Part shown: piece after piece, positions 27,789-38,074 of the stretch
Layout: each line of letters begins with the position of its first letter
Numbering within the stretch: position 1 is the stretch's first letter
The notes under the pieces: model-generated
Told to the model about the DNA's origin: nothing
Seen by the model: only the letters and a program-made list of their open reading frames with translations
Databases searched by the model: none
Source: Saprospiraceae bacterium
Lineage (GTDB): Bacteria > Bacteroidota > Bacteroidia > Chitinophagales > Saprospiraceae
Assembly (NCBI GenBank): GCA_020631635.1
Contig: JAHDGW010000001.1
Coordinates: 1 to 51,707 of the forward strand
Reading direction: 5' to 3'
Length of the DNA: 51,707 nt
Program-made: the position numbers and the translations under genes

Positions 27789-28541
27789 CTAGAGACCATG
27801 ATCTAAGCAATACATCCTAATTATTTTAGGTTGATCAGTATTGATGATGTCGACACCTAGAGCGATGAGGGTATTCCACATCAGTTGGTTATCTGGTGTA
27901 TTCCATAGGCGTATTTTTTTATTATGTTGGTGTACCTTTTTTATTACCGCTCGGAGCTTTTTGATATCATCCGATTTTGGTCTTTGATGACCCTTCCAAG
28001 CACAAGTCTTTTTGATATCCATGCTTATCCATGGCATATTATGATTTGCATATTCATGAGCTAAATTTTCCAACCTGCCATCTATAAAAAAATAGAAGTA
28101 TTTCCCTTGTTCGATAATCTGTTTTCTGGGGATATCTCCAGAGAGTACTATTTGTAGACCTCTCTTAGTGGGTCTTTGGCGTCGTATAATATGCCGGTCA
28201 TAAAGTAGAAGATCTTGGTGTAACACCTCAAGAAGCTTGTCGGAATATTCCTTTATATCTACAAGTAATACTATAGACTTATCATAGTCTTTCAGCTCAT
28301 CAATCAATGGCTTCAGATAGTACTTGCTAAATGATTTCTTTTTACTTAGTTTTTTATCATCATGGCTTATGACGAGCTCATTATCGTACAAAGCAACATC
28401 AACCTCTAAAGAATAACAGTCATTTTGTAAGGCTTCAACAATCGGATTTGCTTGAGCGTAGTCATTATGTGCATGGATAAGTACTTGAGCAATCGAGCAC
28501 TGACTCCATACAAGTGCAAAAGCCAAAATCAAATATTTCAT
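27789..28541 (-). CDS. PI-PLC/GDPD-superfamily phosphodiesterase-like protein (AIM6-like)
   Basis: Signal peptide, then IHAHNDYAQANPIVEAL...SLEVDVALYDNELVISHD, resembling the HSHNDY...E.D..l.dg.L.v.H pattern of this superfamily. Confidence 0.6.
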   Translation of the reverse strand: MKYLILAFALVWSQCSIAQVLIHAHNDYAQANPIVEALQNDCYSLEVDVALYDNELVISHDDKKLSKKKSFSKYYLKPLIDELKDYDKSIVLLVDIKEYSDKLLEVLHQDLLLYDRHIIRRQRPTKRGLQIVLSGDIPRKQIIEQGKYFYFFIDGRLENLAHEYANHNMPWISMDIKKTCAWKGHQRPKSDDIKKLRAVIKKVHQHNKKIRLWNTPDNQLMWNTLIALGVDIINTDQPKIIRMYCLDHGL

Positions 28542-28745
28542 AGAAAAGTGAATTTGATTTCTAATCTGGCTAACAACGTAAAAATTACAATAGTAGTTAA
28601 GATTAATGTTCTTACAATACAGCTCATCATCACGATTTATTTTCGGCTAGATAGCGGTAAAACTAGTAAATGCACCCAGAGCCAAGAAACTTTTAATCTC
28701 TTTTGACATTATGGTACTATAAGTATACGACTAAAACCAACCATC

Positions 28746-30404
28746 ATGCTTGCAAAACTCTACGACATCAAAAATTTTAAAGGTGACTTTACCGGTGGTC
28801 TTGTTGCAGGTGTAGTTGCTCTGCCACTGGCACTAGCCTTTGGAGTACAGTCTGGTATGGGGGCTACCGCAGGTCTTTATGGCGCTATAGCTGTCGGGAT
28901 ATTTGCAGCACTTTTCGGTGGTACAGAGACTCAAGCTAGTGGTCCTACTGGACCAATGACTGTGGTATCGGCAGCATTAGTCGCAGGTGCTATAGAAATG
29001 ACAGGTAGTCTAGAGAGTGGTATGACCATCATATTGATGGCTTTTGTACTAGGAGGCTTGCTTCAGATTATATTTGGGTTTCTCAATATTGCCAGTTATG
29101 TGAAGTATTTTCCATATCCTGTGGTCTCGGGATTTATGAGTGGGGTGGGGTTGATCATAGTCATACTGCAGCTATTCCCATTTGCGGGATTACCTTCATC
29201 AAAATCAACAATCGCCGTAATCCAAAACCTGCCACAATTATTCACTGGAGCTAACTACTCGGCTTTGTTACTTGGTGCTATTACTATTGCGATTTACTAT
29301 CTATTTCCTAAAATCACTAAGGCTATCCCAAGTGCTCTGGTAGCATTGATCGTTGCTTCATTAATCGCCTATTTCGTGCAAATGGATGTTCCAGTCATAG
29401 GAGAAATTCCTTCTGGTCTACCCTCTTTTCAACTAGCCGGTATGTTTAGTATCGATGCGAGTGCTTACGGTATGATTATCGAATACGCTATAGTTCTTGC
29501 CGTTTTGGGTAGTATAGATTCTCTATTGACTTCCGTAATTGCGGATAACATGACCAAAACCAAACACAATAGTAATCGTGAGCTGATTGGACAAGGTATC
29601 GGTAATATGATTGCTGGTGCTTTTGGAGGTATTCCAGGTGCTGGTGCCACAAAAGGCACGGTAGTCAATATCAACGCTGGTGGAATCACTCGATTATCAG
29701 GCGTAATACACGGACTCTTTTTATTAGCGGTATTATTGGGGCTTGGTCAATTAGCTGCTCATATCCCACTATGTGTATTGGCCGGTTTATTGATTCCTAT
29801 TGGATTTAAAATTATAGACTTCAAAGGATTGAAGCATCTAGCTAAAGTTCCAAAAGCAGATGCAGCTGTTTTAATTTTAGTCTTACTGATAACAACTTTT
29901 GGAAGCTTAATACAAGCGGTTGGAATCGGCTTAGCATTAGCCTGTCTCCTCTTTATGAAAAAAGCGGGCGACCTGAGTGAACAAGGAATGGAAGTCGGAA
30001 AAATTTCAGATATAGATGGTGATAAACCTTGGCAAGATGAGATTGGATTTTATGAAAAGTACAAGGACAAAGTTATTATCAAACACCTATACGGTCCCTT
30101 GTTTTTCGGGTTTACTTCTTATTTTAAAGATCAAGTAAAAATGTTGCCACAAGATATCAATGCGGTCATCTTCCGTATGGATCGTGTACCTTATATCGAT
30201 CAGTCTGGGCTATATACTTTGGAGGATATTATTTTCGATCTACGCCAACAAAATATAGAGGTGCTTCTAGTAGGGCTCAAAGAACAACCTAAAGATATGC
30301 TCAGAGCTGTAGAGATTATTCCCAATCTAGTACCCGAAGAAGATGTGATCGATAAGATGAAAGAAGCCATTGCTTACCTTAGGACTAAGTTGCCTATTGA
30401 CTAG
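28746..30404 (+). CDS. SulP family inorganic anion transporter with C-terminal STAS domain
   Basis: F.GD..GGLVAGVVALPLALAFGV.SG......GLY, many transmembrane segments, GQGIGNMIAGAFGGIPGAGATKGTVVN, and a C-terminal STAS-like region (VIIKHLYGPLFFG...). Confidence 0.9.
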   Translation: MLAKLYDIKNFKGDFTGGLVAGVVALPLALAFGVQSGMGATAGLYGAIAVGIFAALFGGTETQASGPTGPMTVVSAALVAGAIEMTGSLESGMTIILMAFVLGGLLQIIFGFLNIASYVKYFPYPVVSGFMSGVGLIIVILQLFPFAGLPSSKSTIAVIQNLPQLFTGANYSALLLGAITIAIYYLFPKITKAIPSALVALIVASLIAYFVQMDVPVIGEIPSGLPSFQLAGMFSIDASAYGMIIEYAIVLAVLGSIDSLLTSVIADNMTKTKHNSNRELIGQGIGNMIAGAFGGIPGAGATKGTVVNINAGGITRLSGVIHGLFLLAVLLGLGQLAAHIPLCVLAGLLIPIGFKIIDFKGLKHLAKVPKADAAVLILVLLITTFGSLIQAVGIGLALACLLFMKKAGDLSEQGMEVGKISDIDGDKPWQDEIGFYEKYKDKVIIKHLYGPLFFGFTSYFKDQVKMLPQDINAVIFRMDRVPYIDQSGLYTLEDIIFDLRQQNIEVLLVGLKEQPKDMLRAVEIIPNLVPEEDVIDKMKEAIAYLRTKLPID

Positions 30405-30481
30405 ATATTGTACGATTTATATTATAGAGTAGCAGAAATATGCCGTTTGATAATATAAATTGTATTTACAACATCATGAGC

Positions 30482-31333
30482 CTAAAACGAATAACTAAAA
30501 CCCATGGTAACGTTGTAGAAATGCAACCAATTTTTGGTGTACCCGTCTGAGACATCATCGGTATCATCAGAGGTTCCTACTGCACCACCACCAAGATATC
30601 TTACATTTAAAAAAGTATCAAAAGCCTCTGTGATTTTGAGCTTTTGTCTTATGCTAGCATCTAGGATTGCACCTACCACTTCATTGTCACTCCCATTTAG
30701 ATAGCTAATCGGCGCATACATACCATCCGCCTCAAATTCAATACTCATATTTTTATTTTGATGGTATGCGGTCCTAAATTTCAGGATCGGAACTAGACCA
30801 AAGTCTCTATTCACTTGACGTAGGTTACCATCCGCACTTTCAAATCTTATAGTCGCATTCCTAAACTGTAGCGATGCTCCCCATGCAAAATCCCACTTCT
30901 CATTTCTGATATCTAAGTGTCGTAAGTAACTCAGTCTATAAAAAGGAAAACCATATTGCAAATTGAGATTAGTCCCTTCTAGAAATAGAATATCATCGAT
31001 CATGATCGACTCATTCAGGACAACCTCTGTATTGATCTCGAGCGGTTGATAGAGAAATACCAAAGTATTGCGCTCGTTGAAATCTAGCTCTAGTGACAAT
31101 CTGCTTATGGGGAATAGCACATTCTGACCACCATCCGACTTGTAGTCAAAGTAAGTAGTATTCTCGCCAAACTGAATTTTATGACTAAAAACTCCAAGGT
31201 ATCCAAGCTCTGCAACGGCTCTTAGTTTATAGTTTTTATAATCTATTTCATATTGCGATGAAGGAGACACTTCCTGACTATAGGAGTGGAGGCTTATTAC
31301 TATAAAGAAAATCGTATAGAAGAATGATTTCAT
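30482..31333 (-). CDS. Hypothetical outer-membrane beta-barrel protein
   Basis: Signal peptide MKSFFYTIFFIVISLHSYSQ, alternating beta-strand pattern, and a C-terminal aromatic residue (...MGFSYSF). Confidence 0.6.
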   Translation of the reverse strand: MKSFFYTIFFIVISLHSYSQEVSPSSQYEIDYKNYKLRAVAELGYLGVFSHKIQFGENTTYFDYKSDGGQNVLFPISRLSLELDFNERNTLVFLYQPLEINTEVVLNESIMIDDILFLEGTNLNLQYGFPFYRLSYLRHLDIRNEKWDFAWGASLQFRNATIRFESADGNLRQVNRDFGLVPILKFRTAYHQNKNMSIEFEADGMYAPISYLNGSDNEVVGAILDASIRQKLKITEAFDTFLNVRYLGGGAVGTSDDTDDVSDGYTKNWLHFYNVTMGFSYSF

Positions 31334-31404
31334 AATTCTGGCTTTAGTACATACTACGGCTCAGAATGAAATTTGTTTGATAAATATAATTTAGTCAACT
31401 GATT

Positions 31405-32067
31405 TTATAGATCATATGCCAATCCAAAATTGTAGTTAAGGTTTCTCGTTTTACTTGTATTTTGCTTATCAAAATCTTTCATACCATGGTAATACGAGCT
31501 CTCCATAAAAATACTGTGATTGGGTAAGATAGATCTATGTACTCTGAGAGAGATATACATACCATGATCAAAAGCATTGAATCTATCAGATGGATCATTG
31601 CCAATATCTATAGGTCTGACTATTGTGAAGGTCTGCTGATCTGACCATGTCTGATCCTCATGAGCATATGCAGAAAAGAGATAACTAAAACCATATCCTA
31701 GGCTAGGCACTACGTCTAGTTTCAAACGATCTACAGCAAATACCTTCCCGACAGATAGGGGTATCTCGAAATTATTAAGATATACCTTAGAATCCTCTAC
31801 AAAATCTGTTTGCCAACCAGGTAAGCAAGCGGCACCTCTTTTTACATAGCCTGGGCTCATGGAAATGACAAAACTGCTTTTTATTTTATGCTCTAAAAGT
31901 ATTCCTACATTGAAACCTGAAATATCGGTTTCTGCACCCTCTGGTAGGTCCATGTCTCCATATTCTGGCCATGCATGGCTATATCCACCTTTTATACCTA
32001 GGGTAAATTGAGCATGGGTATGTATAGAGAAAGCCAGAACGAAGAGTAGAATAGAAAGCTTCTTCAT
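31405..32067 (-). CDS. Outer-membrane beta-barrel (porin-family-like) protein
   Basis: MKKLSILLFVLAFSIHTHAQFTLGIKGGYSH, the typical opening of small Bacteroidota OMP beta-barrels. Ends ...FGLAYDL. Confidence 0.65.
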   Translation of the reverse strand: MKKLSILLFVLAFSIHTHAQFTLGIKGGYSHAWPEYGDMDLPEGAETDISGFNVGILLEHKIKSSFVISMSPGYVKRGAACLPGWQTDFVEDSKVYLNNFEIPLSVGKVFAVDRLKLDVVPSLGYGFSYLFSAYAHEDQTWSDQQTFTIVRPIDIGNDPSDRFNAFDHGMYISLRVHRSILPNHSIFMESSYYHGMKDFDKQNTSKTRNLNYNFGLAYDL

Positions 32068-32196
32068 AAATAACAGCATTTAAGATATATCTAACGAATA
32101 CCGTCTTGCCTTAGTATTCTCCACTGATGTATAAACCAAAAAGAGCCTACCCCTTCTTGGAATAGACTCTTCTATATACTTTTTACGTTTAGTACT

Positions 32197-34248
32197 CTAC
32201 CAGATTTTTACTCTACTGGTATCTGGTCTGTACATGGCATCACCAGGTTTCACGTCAAATGCTTGATAAAATGCTGGAAGATTTGAGATCGGGCCTACAG
32301 CTCTATACTGCCCCGGAGAATGCGGATCGGTCTTGATACGATTGATCATTTCTTCGTTACGCATTTTACCTCTCCAGATAGTACCCCATGAGATAAAGAA
32401 ACGCTGCTCTGGCGTAAATCCATCGATATTTCCTGGATTACCGTTGGCGGCTAAGTGTTTTTGCAATCCGTCATAAGCCACGTTGATACCTCCAAGGTCT
32501 CCGATATTTTCTCCTAATGTAAATCTTCCATTAACATTCACGCCTGGTAGTGGTTCGTAAGAATCAAATTGATCAATAAGCTTCTGGTTTCTTGCCTCAA
32601 ACTGTGTTCTATCCTTATCTGTCCACCAATTTTCCATATTACCACTAGCATCAAATCTACTTCCCTGATCGTCAAATCCATGAGAGATTTCATGTCCGAT
32701 CACAGCACCGATACCTCCGTAATTGACCGCAGCATCTGCTTGGTAATTATAGAATGGTGGTTGTAATATGGCTGCTGGGAATACAATCTCGTTATTCAAT
32801 GGATTGTAATAAGCATTTACAGTCTGTGGTGACATCCCCCACTCGGTCTTATCTACTTCTTTACCTAGATCTTCGAGTTGTTGCTCAAAAGACCATTTAC
32901 TTGCGGCGATCATATTGGCGGCATAGCTACCCCCTTCTTCTACAGACTTGATATCCATACTGCTATAGTCTTTCCATTTATTTGGATATCCTATTTTTAC
33001 TGTAAATGCATCTAGTTTTTCTAGTGCCCTTGTTTTAGTGCTATCTGTCATCCAATCTAAGCCTTTGATCCGGTCTCCCATTGCCAATTTGATATTAGAT
33101 ACCATATCCGCTGCCTTTGCTTTTGCATCTTCAGGAAAATATTTATCTACATATAGCTTACCTATGGCCTCTCCTACTACACCGCTCGATACATCCAAGA
33201 TACGCTCCCATCGTGGTCTCATCTCTTCTGCTCCTCTAAGAGTTTTCCCATAGAAGTCAAAATTAGCCTGCTCTATATCGGCACTTAAGTATCCTGCGGC
33301 ACCATTGTATTCTGTCCATAAAACATAGTCCTTTAGATCCTCGATAGAAAATTCTGCTAAGGTCTGCTCCAGAGCTTCAATATATTTTGGCTGAAGTACT
33401 AAGATGGTATCCATCTTGCCAGCTCCTATTCCTTCCAAAAATCCATTCCAGTTGATAGCGCTTACCTTTTGATCTAAATCAGCAATGGCTCTTGGGTTGT
33501 ACAGTAATAGCGGATTTCTAGATTCCTCTTTGGTTAGCATTTTTTCTGCCAACGCCGTTTCTATTGCCAGTATGTTTTTGGCTTTGGCTAAGGCTTCTTC
33601 TTTTACACCTAAAAACTCATACATACGTACGATATGATTGATGTAATCTTGTCTGATCTTTTCACTATCCTCATCCGCCTTTGTATAATAATCTCTTTCA
33701 GGTAGACCTATAGATCCTGCTGTAAGGTAGGCCGCATTCACGGTAGAGTTTTTTAGATTGGGAAATACTGCAAAATCAAAAAATGCTCTCGATCCCAAGT
33801 GTATAGTCTCTTCATTATACTTCTGGATGTCAGCAACCGATTGTATTTTACTGATCTTATCCAAATATGGTTTTATTGGATCTAAGCCCGCTTTATTGAT
33901 CGCCGCAGTATCCATGGCAGCATTGTAAAATACTGCAGCCTTATATTGATCTTGCCCTTTGGTATATTTTCCAGAGGCCATGGCCTCCTCCAATACCTCA
34001 AGTACATTTTCACTTGATTTTTTACGTAACTCGTCGAAGCTACCCCATCGACTGCGGTCTGACGGTATCTCTGTATTATCGAGCCATACTCCATTTACAT
34101 ATCGATAAAAATCTTGTTGAGGAGCTGCCGTAGTATCCATCAGAGTGACATCGATGCCAGGTACTTTAGGCTGAGCAAGTTCTTCACTACATGAGATGAT
34201 TGTTGATATCGCAAGCAAAGCGATGATAAATAGATTTAAATTTTTCAT
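32197..34248 (-). CDS. M13 family zinc metallopeptidase (PepO / endothelin-converting-enzyme-like) lipoprotein
   Basis: Lipobox (ISTIISCSE), HEISHGFD (HExxH), GENIGDLGG, NAYY.P..NEIVFPAAILQPPF, and C-terminal ...RVKIW. Confidence 0.92.
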   Translation of the reverse strand: MKNLNLFIIALLAISTIISCSEELAQPKVPGIDVTLMDTTAAPQQDFYRYVNGVWLDNTEIPSDRSRWGSFDELRKKSSENVLEVLEEAMASGKYTKGQDQYKAAVFYNAAMDTAAINKAGLDPIKPYLDKISKIQSVADIQKYNEETIHLGSRAFFDFAVFPNLKNSTVNAAYLTAGSIGLPERDYYTKADEDSEKIRQDYINHIVRMYEFLGVKEEALAKAKNILAIETALAEKMLTKEESRNPLLLYNPRAIADLDQKVSAINWNGFLEGIGAGKMDTILVLQPKYIEALEQTLAEFSIEDLKDYVLWTEYNGAAGYLSADIEQANFDFYGKTLRGAEEMRPRWERILDVSSGVVGEAIGKLYVDKYFPEDAKAKAADMVSNIKLAMGDRIKGLDWMTDSTKTRALEKLDAFTVKIGYPNKWKDYSSMDIKSVEEGGSYAANMIAASKWSFEQQLEDLGKEVDKTEWGMSPQTVNAYYNPLNNEIVFPAAILQPPFYNYQADAAVNYGGIGAVIGHEISHGFDDQGSRFDASGNMENWWTDKDRTQFEARNQKLIDQFDSYEPLPGVNVNGRFTLGENIGDLGGINVAYDGLQKHLAANGNPGNIDGFTPEQRFFISWGTIWRGKMRNEEMINRIKTDPHSPGQYRAVGPISNLPAFYQAFDVKPGDAMYRPDTSRVKIW

Positions 34249-34386
34249 AGACGTCTAGTTAAAAATAGCTCAAGGCTAGTCGTTAGTTAGTTTGCACGAA
34301 TATAATGAAGGATTGTGAGCTGACGTATATTAATCTATATAGCTCATCTAAAATTAGAGTTTAGTATTAAAAACTGGGATTAACGG

Positions 34387-35034
34387 CTATTGAAGGAATG
34401 ATTTGATCTCTTTTTCTACTGACCGTATACGTGTATACTCCAAACCCAAAAAGATACTTACACCTCCTGCGATCAATAATATCCTGAACCACATGAAAAT
34501 ATCATTGTAAAACGGAAATAATGTATTGACCACTAGGAGCTCTATCACCAATAAGGGTACTACTAATATGAGTAAGAGTAGAGAAATTGATTTTATACGT
34601 AATGCTTTTTCCGTAGGCACGGCATGACGAGATTTTTTATACAGCTGTTGATATATCTCTTCACGAGGATTGATCTTGATCAATTGCATCAAAAGATCAG
34701 ACGCTTTATGGTGATGATCAATATTGTATTGACTAGCGGCTTTTTTATAGAGTAGCTCCTCGAAAGGATCTTCCACATCGGCAATCTCTATATTATCAAT
34801 AACAATTTCTTCAATGAGCTTATCTACTAACAACAGCAGCTTATGATAATTTCCTATTTCAAATAATGCCTGTATATAACAGTACTTGATATCTACCCAA
34901 ATATGGTACTCTAGCTGACTAAGCTCTTGTGCATGATCATCAAAAAATCGTACCCGCTCCCTATACTGATCGGATGGTATAGACTTGAAATCCCAATAGA
35001 TCGTATCTTGTATCGTATGATGCTGATGATTCAC
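34387..35034 (-). CDS. Hypothetical membrane protein (helical repeat N-terminal part, two C-terminal TM helices)
   Basis: 215-aa ORF with a GTG start in the track. Hydrophobic stretches SISLLLLILVVPLLVIELLVV and WFRILLIAGGVSIFLGL. Confidence 0.5.
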   Translation of the reverse strand: MNHQHHTIQDTIYWDFKSIPSDQYRERVRFFDDHAQELSQLEYHIWVDIKYCYIQALFEIGNYHKLLLLVDKLIEEIVIDNIEIADVEDPFEELLYKKAASQYNIDHHHKASDLLMQLIKINPREEIYQQLYKKSRHAVPTEKALRIKSISLLLLILVVPLLVIELLVVNTLFPFYNDIFMWFRILLIAGGVSIFLGLEYTRIRSVEKEIKSFLQ

Positions 35035-35094
35035 CTACTAAAGATACTCTCTATCAATGACTTGTGTTGACGTGTATGGTCTATTTTAACAGTT

Positions 35095-35983
35095 TTATAT
35101 ACTCTGATTTCGACTATCCAATCCCCACATCAGCTTGTTATGTATCGTTGTGTTGAAACTAATGTGCTCAAGATCGATCAGCTTTATCTTAAAATCTGCT
35201 TTTTTGATCGTAATGATATGATCACTTGTGATGCTTTCAAATCTGGAGTCTAGCGTTGCTAAGAAATTTTCTCCTCGTCCCTCGATTTCCAATTTGATTA
35301 CACTTTCATCTGATAGCACTATAGGTCTTACATTGAGGTTATGTGGAGCTACTGGAGTGATGACAAAGTTTTCTGATTTTGGAAAAATAATTGGACCACC
35401 ACAACTGAGTGAATATCCTGTAGATCCTGTAGGTGTAGAAATAATAATCCCATCTGCCCAATAAGAATTCAGAAATTCCCCATCGATATAAGCATGTATT
35501 GTGACCATACTGGAAGTATCTCTCTTACTCAAAGTGAAGTCATTGAGCGCATATGGTTTCTCTATAAATAATGGTAAATCACAATGGGTTTGAATCAGGG
35601 TACGCTCCTCCAGTTTATAAGATCCCGAGGCTAATTGCACAAATGTTGATTTTTGTTTTTTCTACACTAGATAAAAATCCCAGCCGACCTAAATTGATGC
35701 CTAATATGGGAACACCCGTATCGAGGATCAGCGTCATAGCATTCAGTATGGTGCCGTCACCGCCCAAGGTAATGACTGCATCTATATCATGACTTCGGAG
35801 TTGCTCTGTACTGCTGATAGTACCTTGTGATTGTTTGAGCTCTAATTTATCCTCAGCCGCTTCTAAAAACTCCCGTGTTACAAAATATCGGGTGCCCGTG
35901 GATTGTAATAGAGAAAACAGATTATTGATATACTCTAGGTCTTTATCCTTTACTCGCTGTCCGTATATAAGTACCTGATCCAT
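35095..35983 (-). pseudogene. nadK: NAD kinase split into two ORFs by a frameshift in an A6 run
   Basis: ORF 35615-35983 carries VITLGGDGT and GINLGRLGFL. ORF 35095-35640 carries the C-terminal half (...ADGIIISTPTGSTGYSLSCGGPI..P). Removing one A from GAAAAAAC (T6 at 35656-35661 on the + strand) gives a continuous ...GFLSSVEKQKSTFVQLASGSYKLEERTL... of about 295 aa. Confidence 0.85.
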
Positions 35984-35987
35984 TTTA

Positions 35988-37403
35988 TTAAAATGCTATT
36001 TCATTATGAATATACAACCCTGATTCGCCAAGATGATTATAAGTATACTCGATTTGAAATAAAAAGTTATTATACATCAATATGTCAAGGGCTGGACCAT
36101 AGCCGATGAGTAAACGATTATTCTGTTCATTGGTATCCGTATATCTTGGCTCGTGAGCATAGCCTAGGTGTATTTGGCCTCTGATATAACTCTTGAGACT
36201 GAGTAGCTTGAACTGATGCACAGGCATATATCGATCAAAGTTTAGCAGTTTATCCAAAAACTTAAAGGATAGATACATTCTATGATGTACATAATCAGTC
36301 CCATCTTGTACATATAACTCATATCCCCGTATGAAATCCTGTACATAACCTAGACCTGTATTATTGGCAAAGGCGATGGGGTCTCTCGTGATATTGGTTT
36401 TAGCTCTTACGTTGCTAGCCCATATCCATCGATCATTGAAGCTATGATAATATTCTAATGAACCTAATACCGCTGTGTTGCTAAAATTTCCTAGCCATGA
36501 TAAACCCTCTTGTTTTAAGGTAAAGTCAGCAGACCATCCGTCATCGGGATACTGAAAGAAGTGTCTTTTGTCAATGCGATATTGGTATTGCAAAAACAGA
36601 AATTTCAAGCCTGTATTGCCGTTAAAAAAGTAATCTGGGTTAAGGTCTGCTACTACTTGATCGACTCTATTGTTATGATATTCTAGCTTAAAACTATGAT
36701 ATGCATACAAGCCAGATCGCCTCGTCAATTCTGCGCCAAGGCGTAGTCTTTTCAAAATACGTCGATCATCTGGTGTAGAAAAAAATGTTGGTTTGTTACC
36801 GAGTGTCACATAAGATAGCTCTCTATTGTCTGCATAAAAGAGATTAGTGATGATACCCCATTGTTGAGCTTTGTCTAGGTAAGGGTAAGTATACTTGAGC
36901 TCGTACTTACGTGTATATCCAAGTTGATATTTAAGCTTTAGATAATCCCTCCTGCCTGTCAAATTGATATGATCAAAACGGATACCATAATCTACTCGAT
37001 CTAGTGATCGCCCTTGCTCATTCCACCAGACATTGAAGTTACGATCCGCCAACTCAAATATAGGAACCGGATATAAATACCAAGCTTCCACAAAAGTGAA
37101 ACTTACTGTTGCCTTTTTTGCCTCCGTATCCCAGTTTTCAATATTCGATTTTACGATGTTGAATAGTGCAGTGCTCAAAAGTCGCTTTTCGTTTTCTTGC
37201 AACTTGGCTGTCAGCGTTGACAATTGCAATGTATCTCCTTCTACGAAATCTAATTCTCGACGTACGATCCGCTCTTTGGTTTTTTTCAGACCCTTAAACT
37301 GAATGTCACTAATAACGATATATGAGGCAGGGATTGATTGAGCATAAGCGCAAATAGGTACACCGAATAAAACCAGAAATAAGATGATAAATCTAGACAT
37401 CAA
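35988..37403 (-). CDS. BamA/TamA-family outer-membrane protein with N-terminal POTRA domain
   Basis: Signal peptide MMSRFIILFLVLFGVPICAYAQ, POTRA-like VISDIQFKGLKKTKERIVRRELDFVEGD, a long beta-barrel-like C-terminus, and a terminal F. Confidence 0.72.
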   Translation of the reverse strand: MMSRFIILFLVLFGVPICAYAQSIPASYIVISDIQFKGLKKTKERIVRRELDFVEGDTLQLSTLTAKLQENEKRLLSTALFNIVKSNIENWDTEAKKATVSFTFVEAWYLYPVPIFELADRNFNVWWNEQGRSLDRVDYGIRFDHINLTGRRDYLKLKYQLGYTRKYELKYTYPYLDKAQQWGIITNLFYADNRELSYVTLGNKPTFFSTPDDRRILKRLRLGAELTRRSGLYAYHSFKLEYHNNRVDQVVADLNPDYFFNGNTGLKFLFLQYQYRIDKRHFFQYPDDGWSADFTLKQEGLSWLGNFSNTAVLGSLEYYHSFNDRWIWASNVRAKTNITRDPIAFANNTGLGYVQDFIRGYELYVQDGTDYVHHRMYLSFKFLDKLLNFDRYMPVHQFKLLSLKSYIRGQIHLGYAHEPRYTDTNEQNNRLLIGYGPALDILMYNNFLFQIEYTYNHLGESGLYIHNEIAF

Positions 37404-38052
37404 GGTAGGTCATAAGCATATCAAAGCGCTCTTGGAGTTGCTCGACAAGCACTTCTTCTTGATAGCTGGCCTCTACGGTATAATCATATCGTTCCAAGGC
37501 TGCTTGTATACGTTGTGCATCTTGAGCATTGGTTTTGATCGTGATCTCTGCATTATTTGCCTGATCGATACCATGTATAAAACTGGAAAGAATAGCAACG
37601 TTTTCACTTTCTACGATCTGTGCTATCTCCGATAGAGAATAATCTTGTCTTGGTGTTTTGAGTACGAAAATGCTACCTGATTCACTAAAAGAAAAGCTTT
37701 CTGCATAATATGATAATAGATGCTCTAGAGTAATCATTCCTAGAAATCGCTCTTCGCGATCTACTACTGGGATTGAGCTTAGTGATTCGTTGGCCATTTT
37801 ACGCATGATCTCATAGATATGCTCATTATTATACACAAAGGGTCGACGACCAGATAGCGAATATGATCCTATTGCCTCTTCTTGATTTTGCGATAATATA
37901 TCATCCTCTGATACCAATCCTAACAACTGATCATTATTGACTATGGGTAGATGTCTCACATAGTATTGACTCATCAGTTGCAATGCCTTATCACCTGTAT
38001 CAGAGGTGATTAATGTTGGGATGCTGTTTGATATAAGTTTGTATGCGATCAA
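37393..38052 (-). CDS. CBS domain pair protein
   Basis: Two CBS-type modules (HLPIVNNDQLLGLVSEDDIL and IPVVDREERFLGMITLEHLL). It overlaps the downstream OMP gene by 11 nt. Confidence 0.85.
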   Translation of the reverse strand: MIAYKLISNSIPTLITSDTGDKALQLMSQYYVRHLPIVNNDQLLGLVSEDDILSQNQEEAIGSYSLSGRRPFVYNNEHIYEIMRKMANESLSSIPVVDREERFLGMITLEHLLSYYAESFSFSESGSIFVLKTPRQDYSLSEIAQIVESENVAILSSFIHGIDQANNAEITIKTNAQDAQRIQAALERYDYTVEASYQEEVLVEQLQERFDMLMTYLDV

Positions 38053-38074
38053 TCTATTTAGTTTTCTATATATA

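Noticed and set aside
28452-28706. 84-aa + strand ORF spanning the phosphodiesterase gene start and the SulP upstream region.
   Set aside because: It partly overlaps the 5' end of a - strand gene, gives an AT-rich low-complexity translation, and uses a non-ATG start in the track. The region is more likely promoter DNA.
32100-32175. Possible intrinsic terminator after the M13 peptidase gene (GAGTCT...AGGCTC followed by TTTTT on the - strand).
   Set aside because: The stem is only 6 bp including a G-U pair, with a loop of about 15 nt. This is too weak to annotate without 3'-end data.
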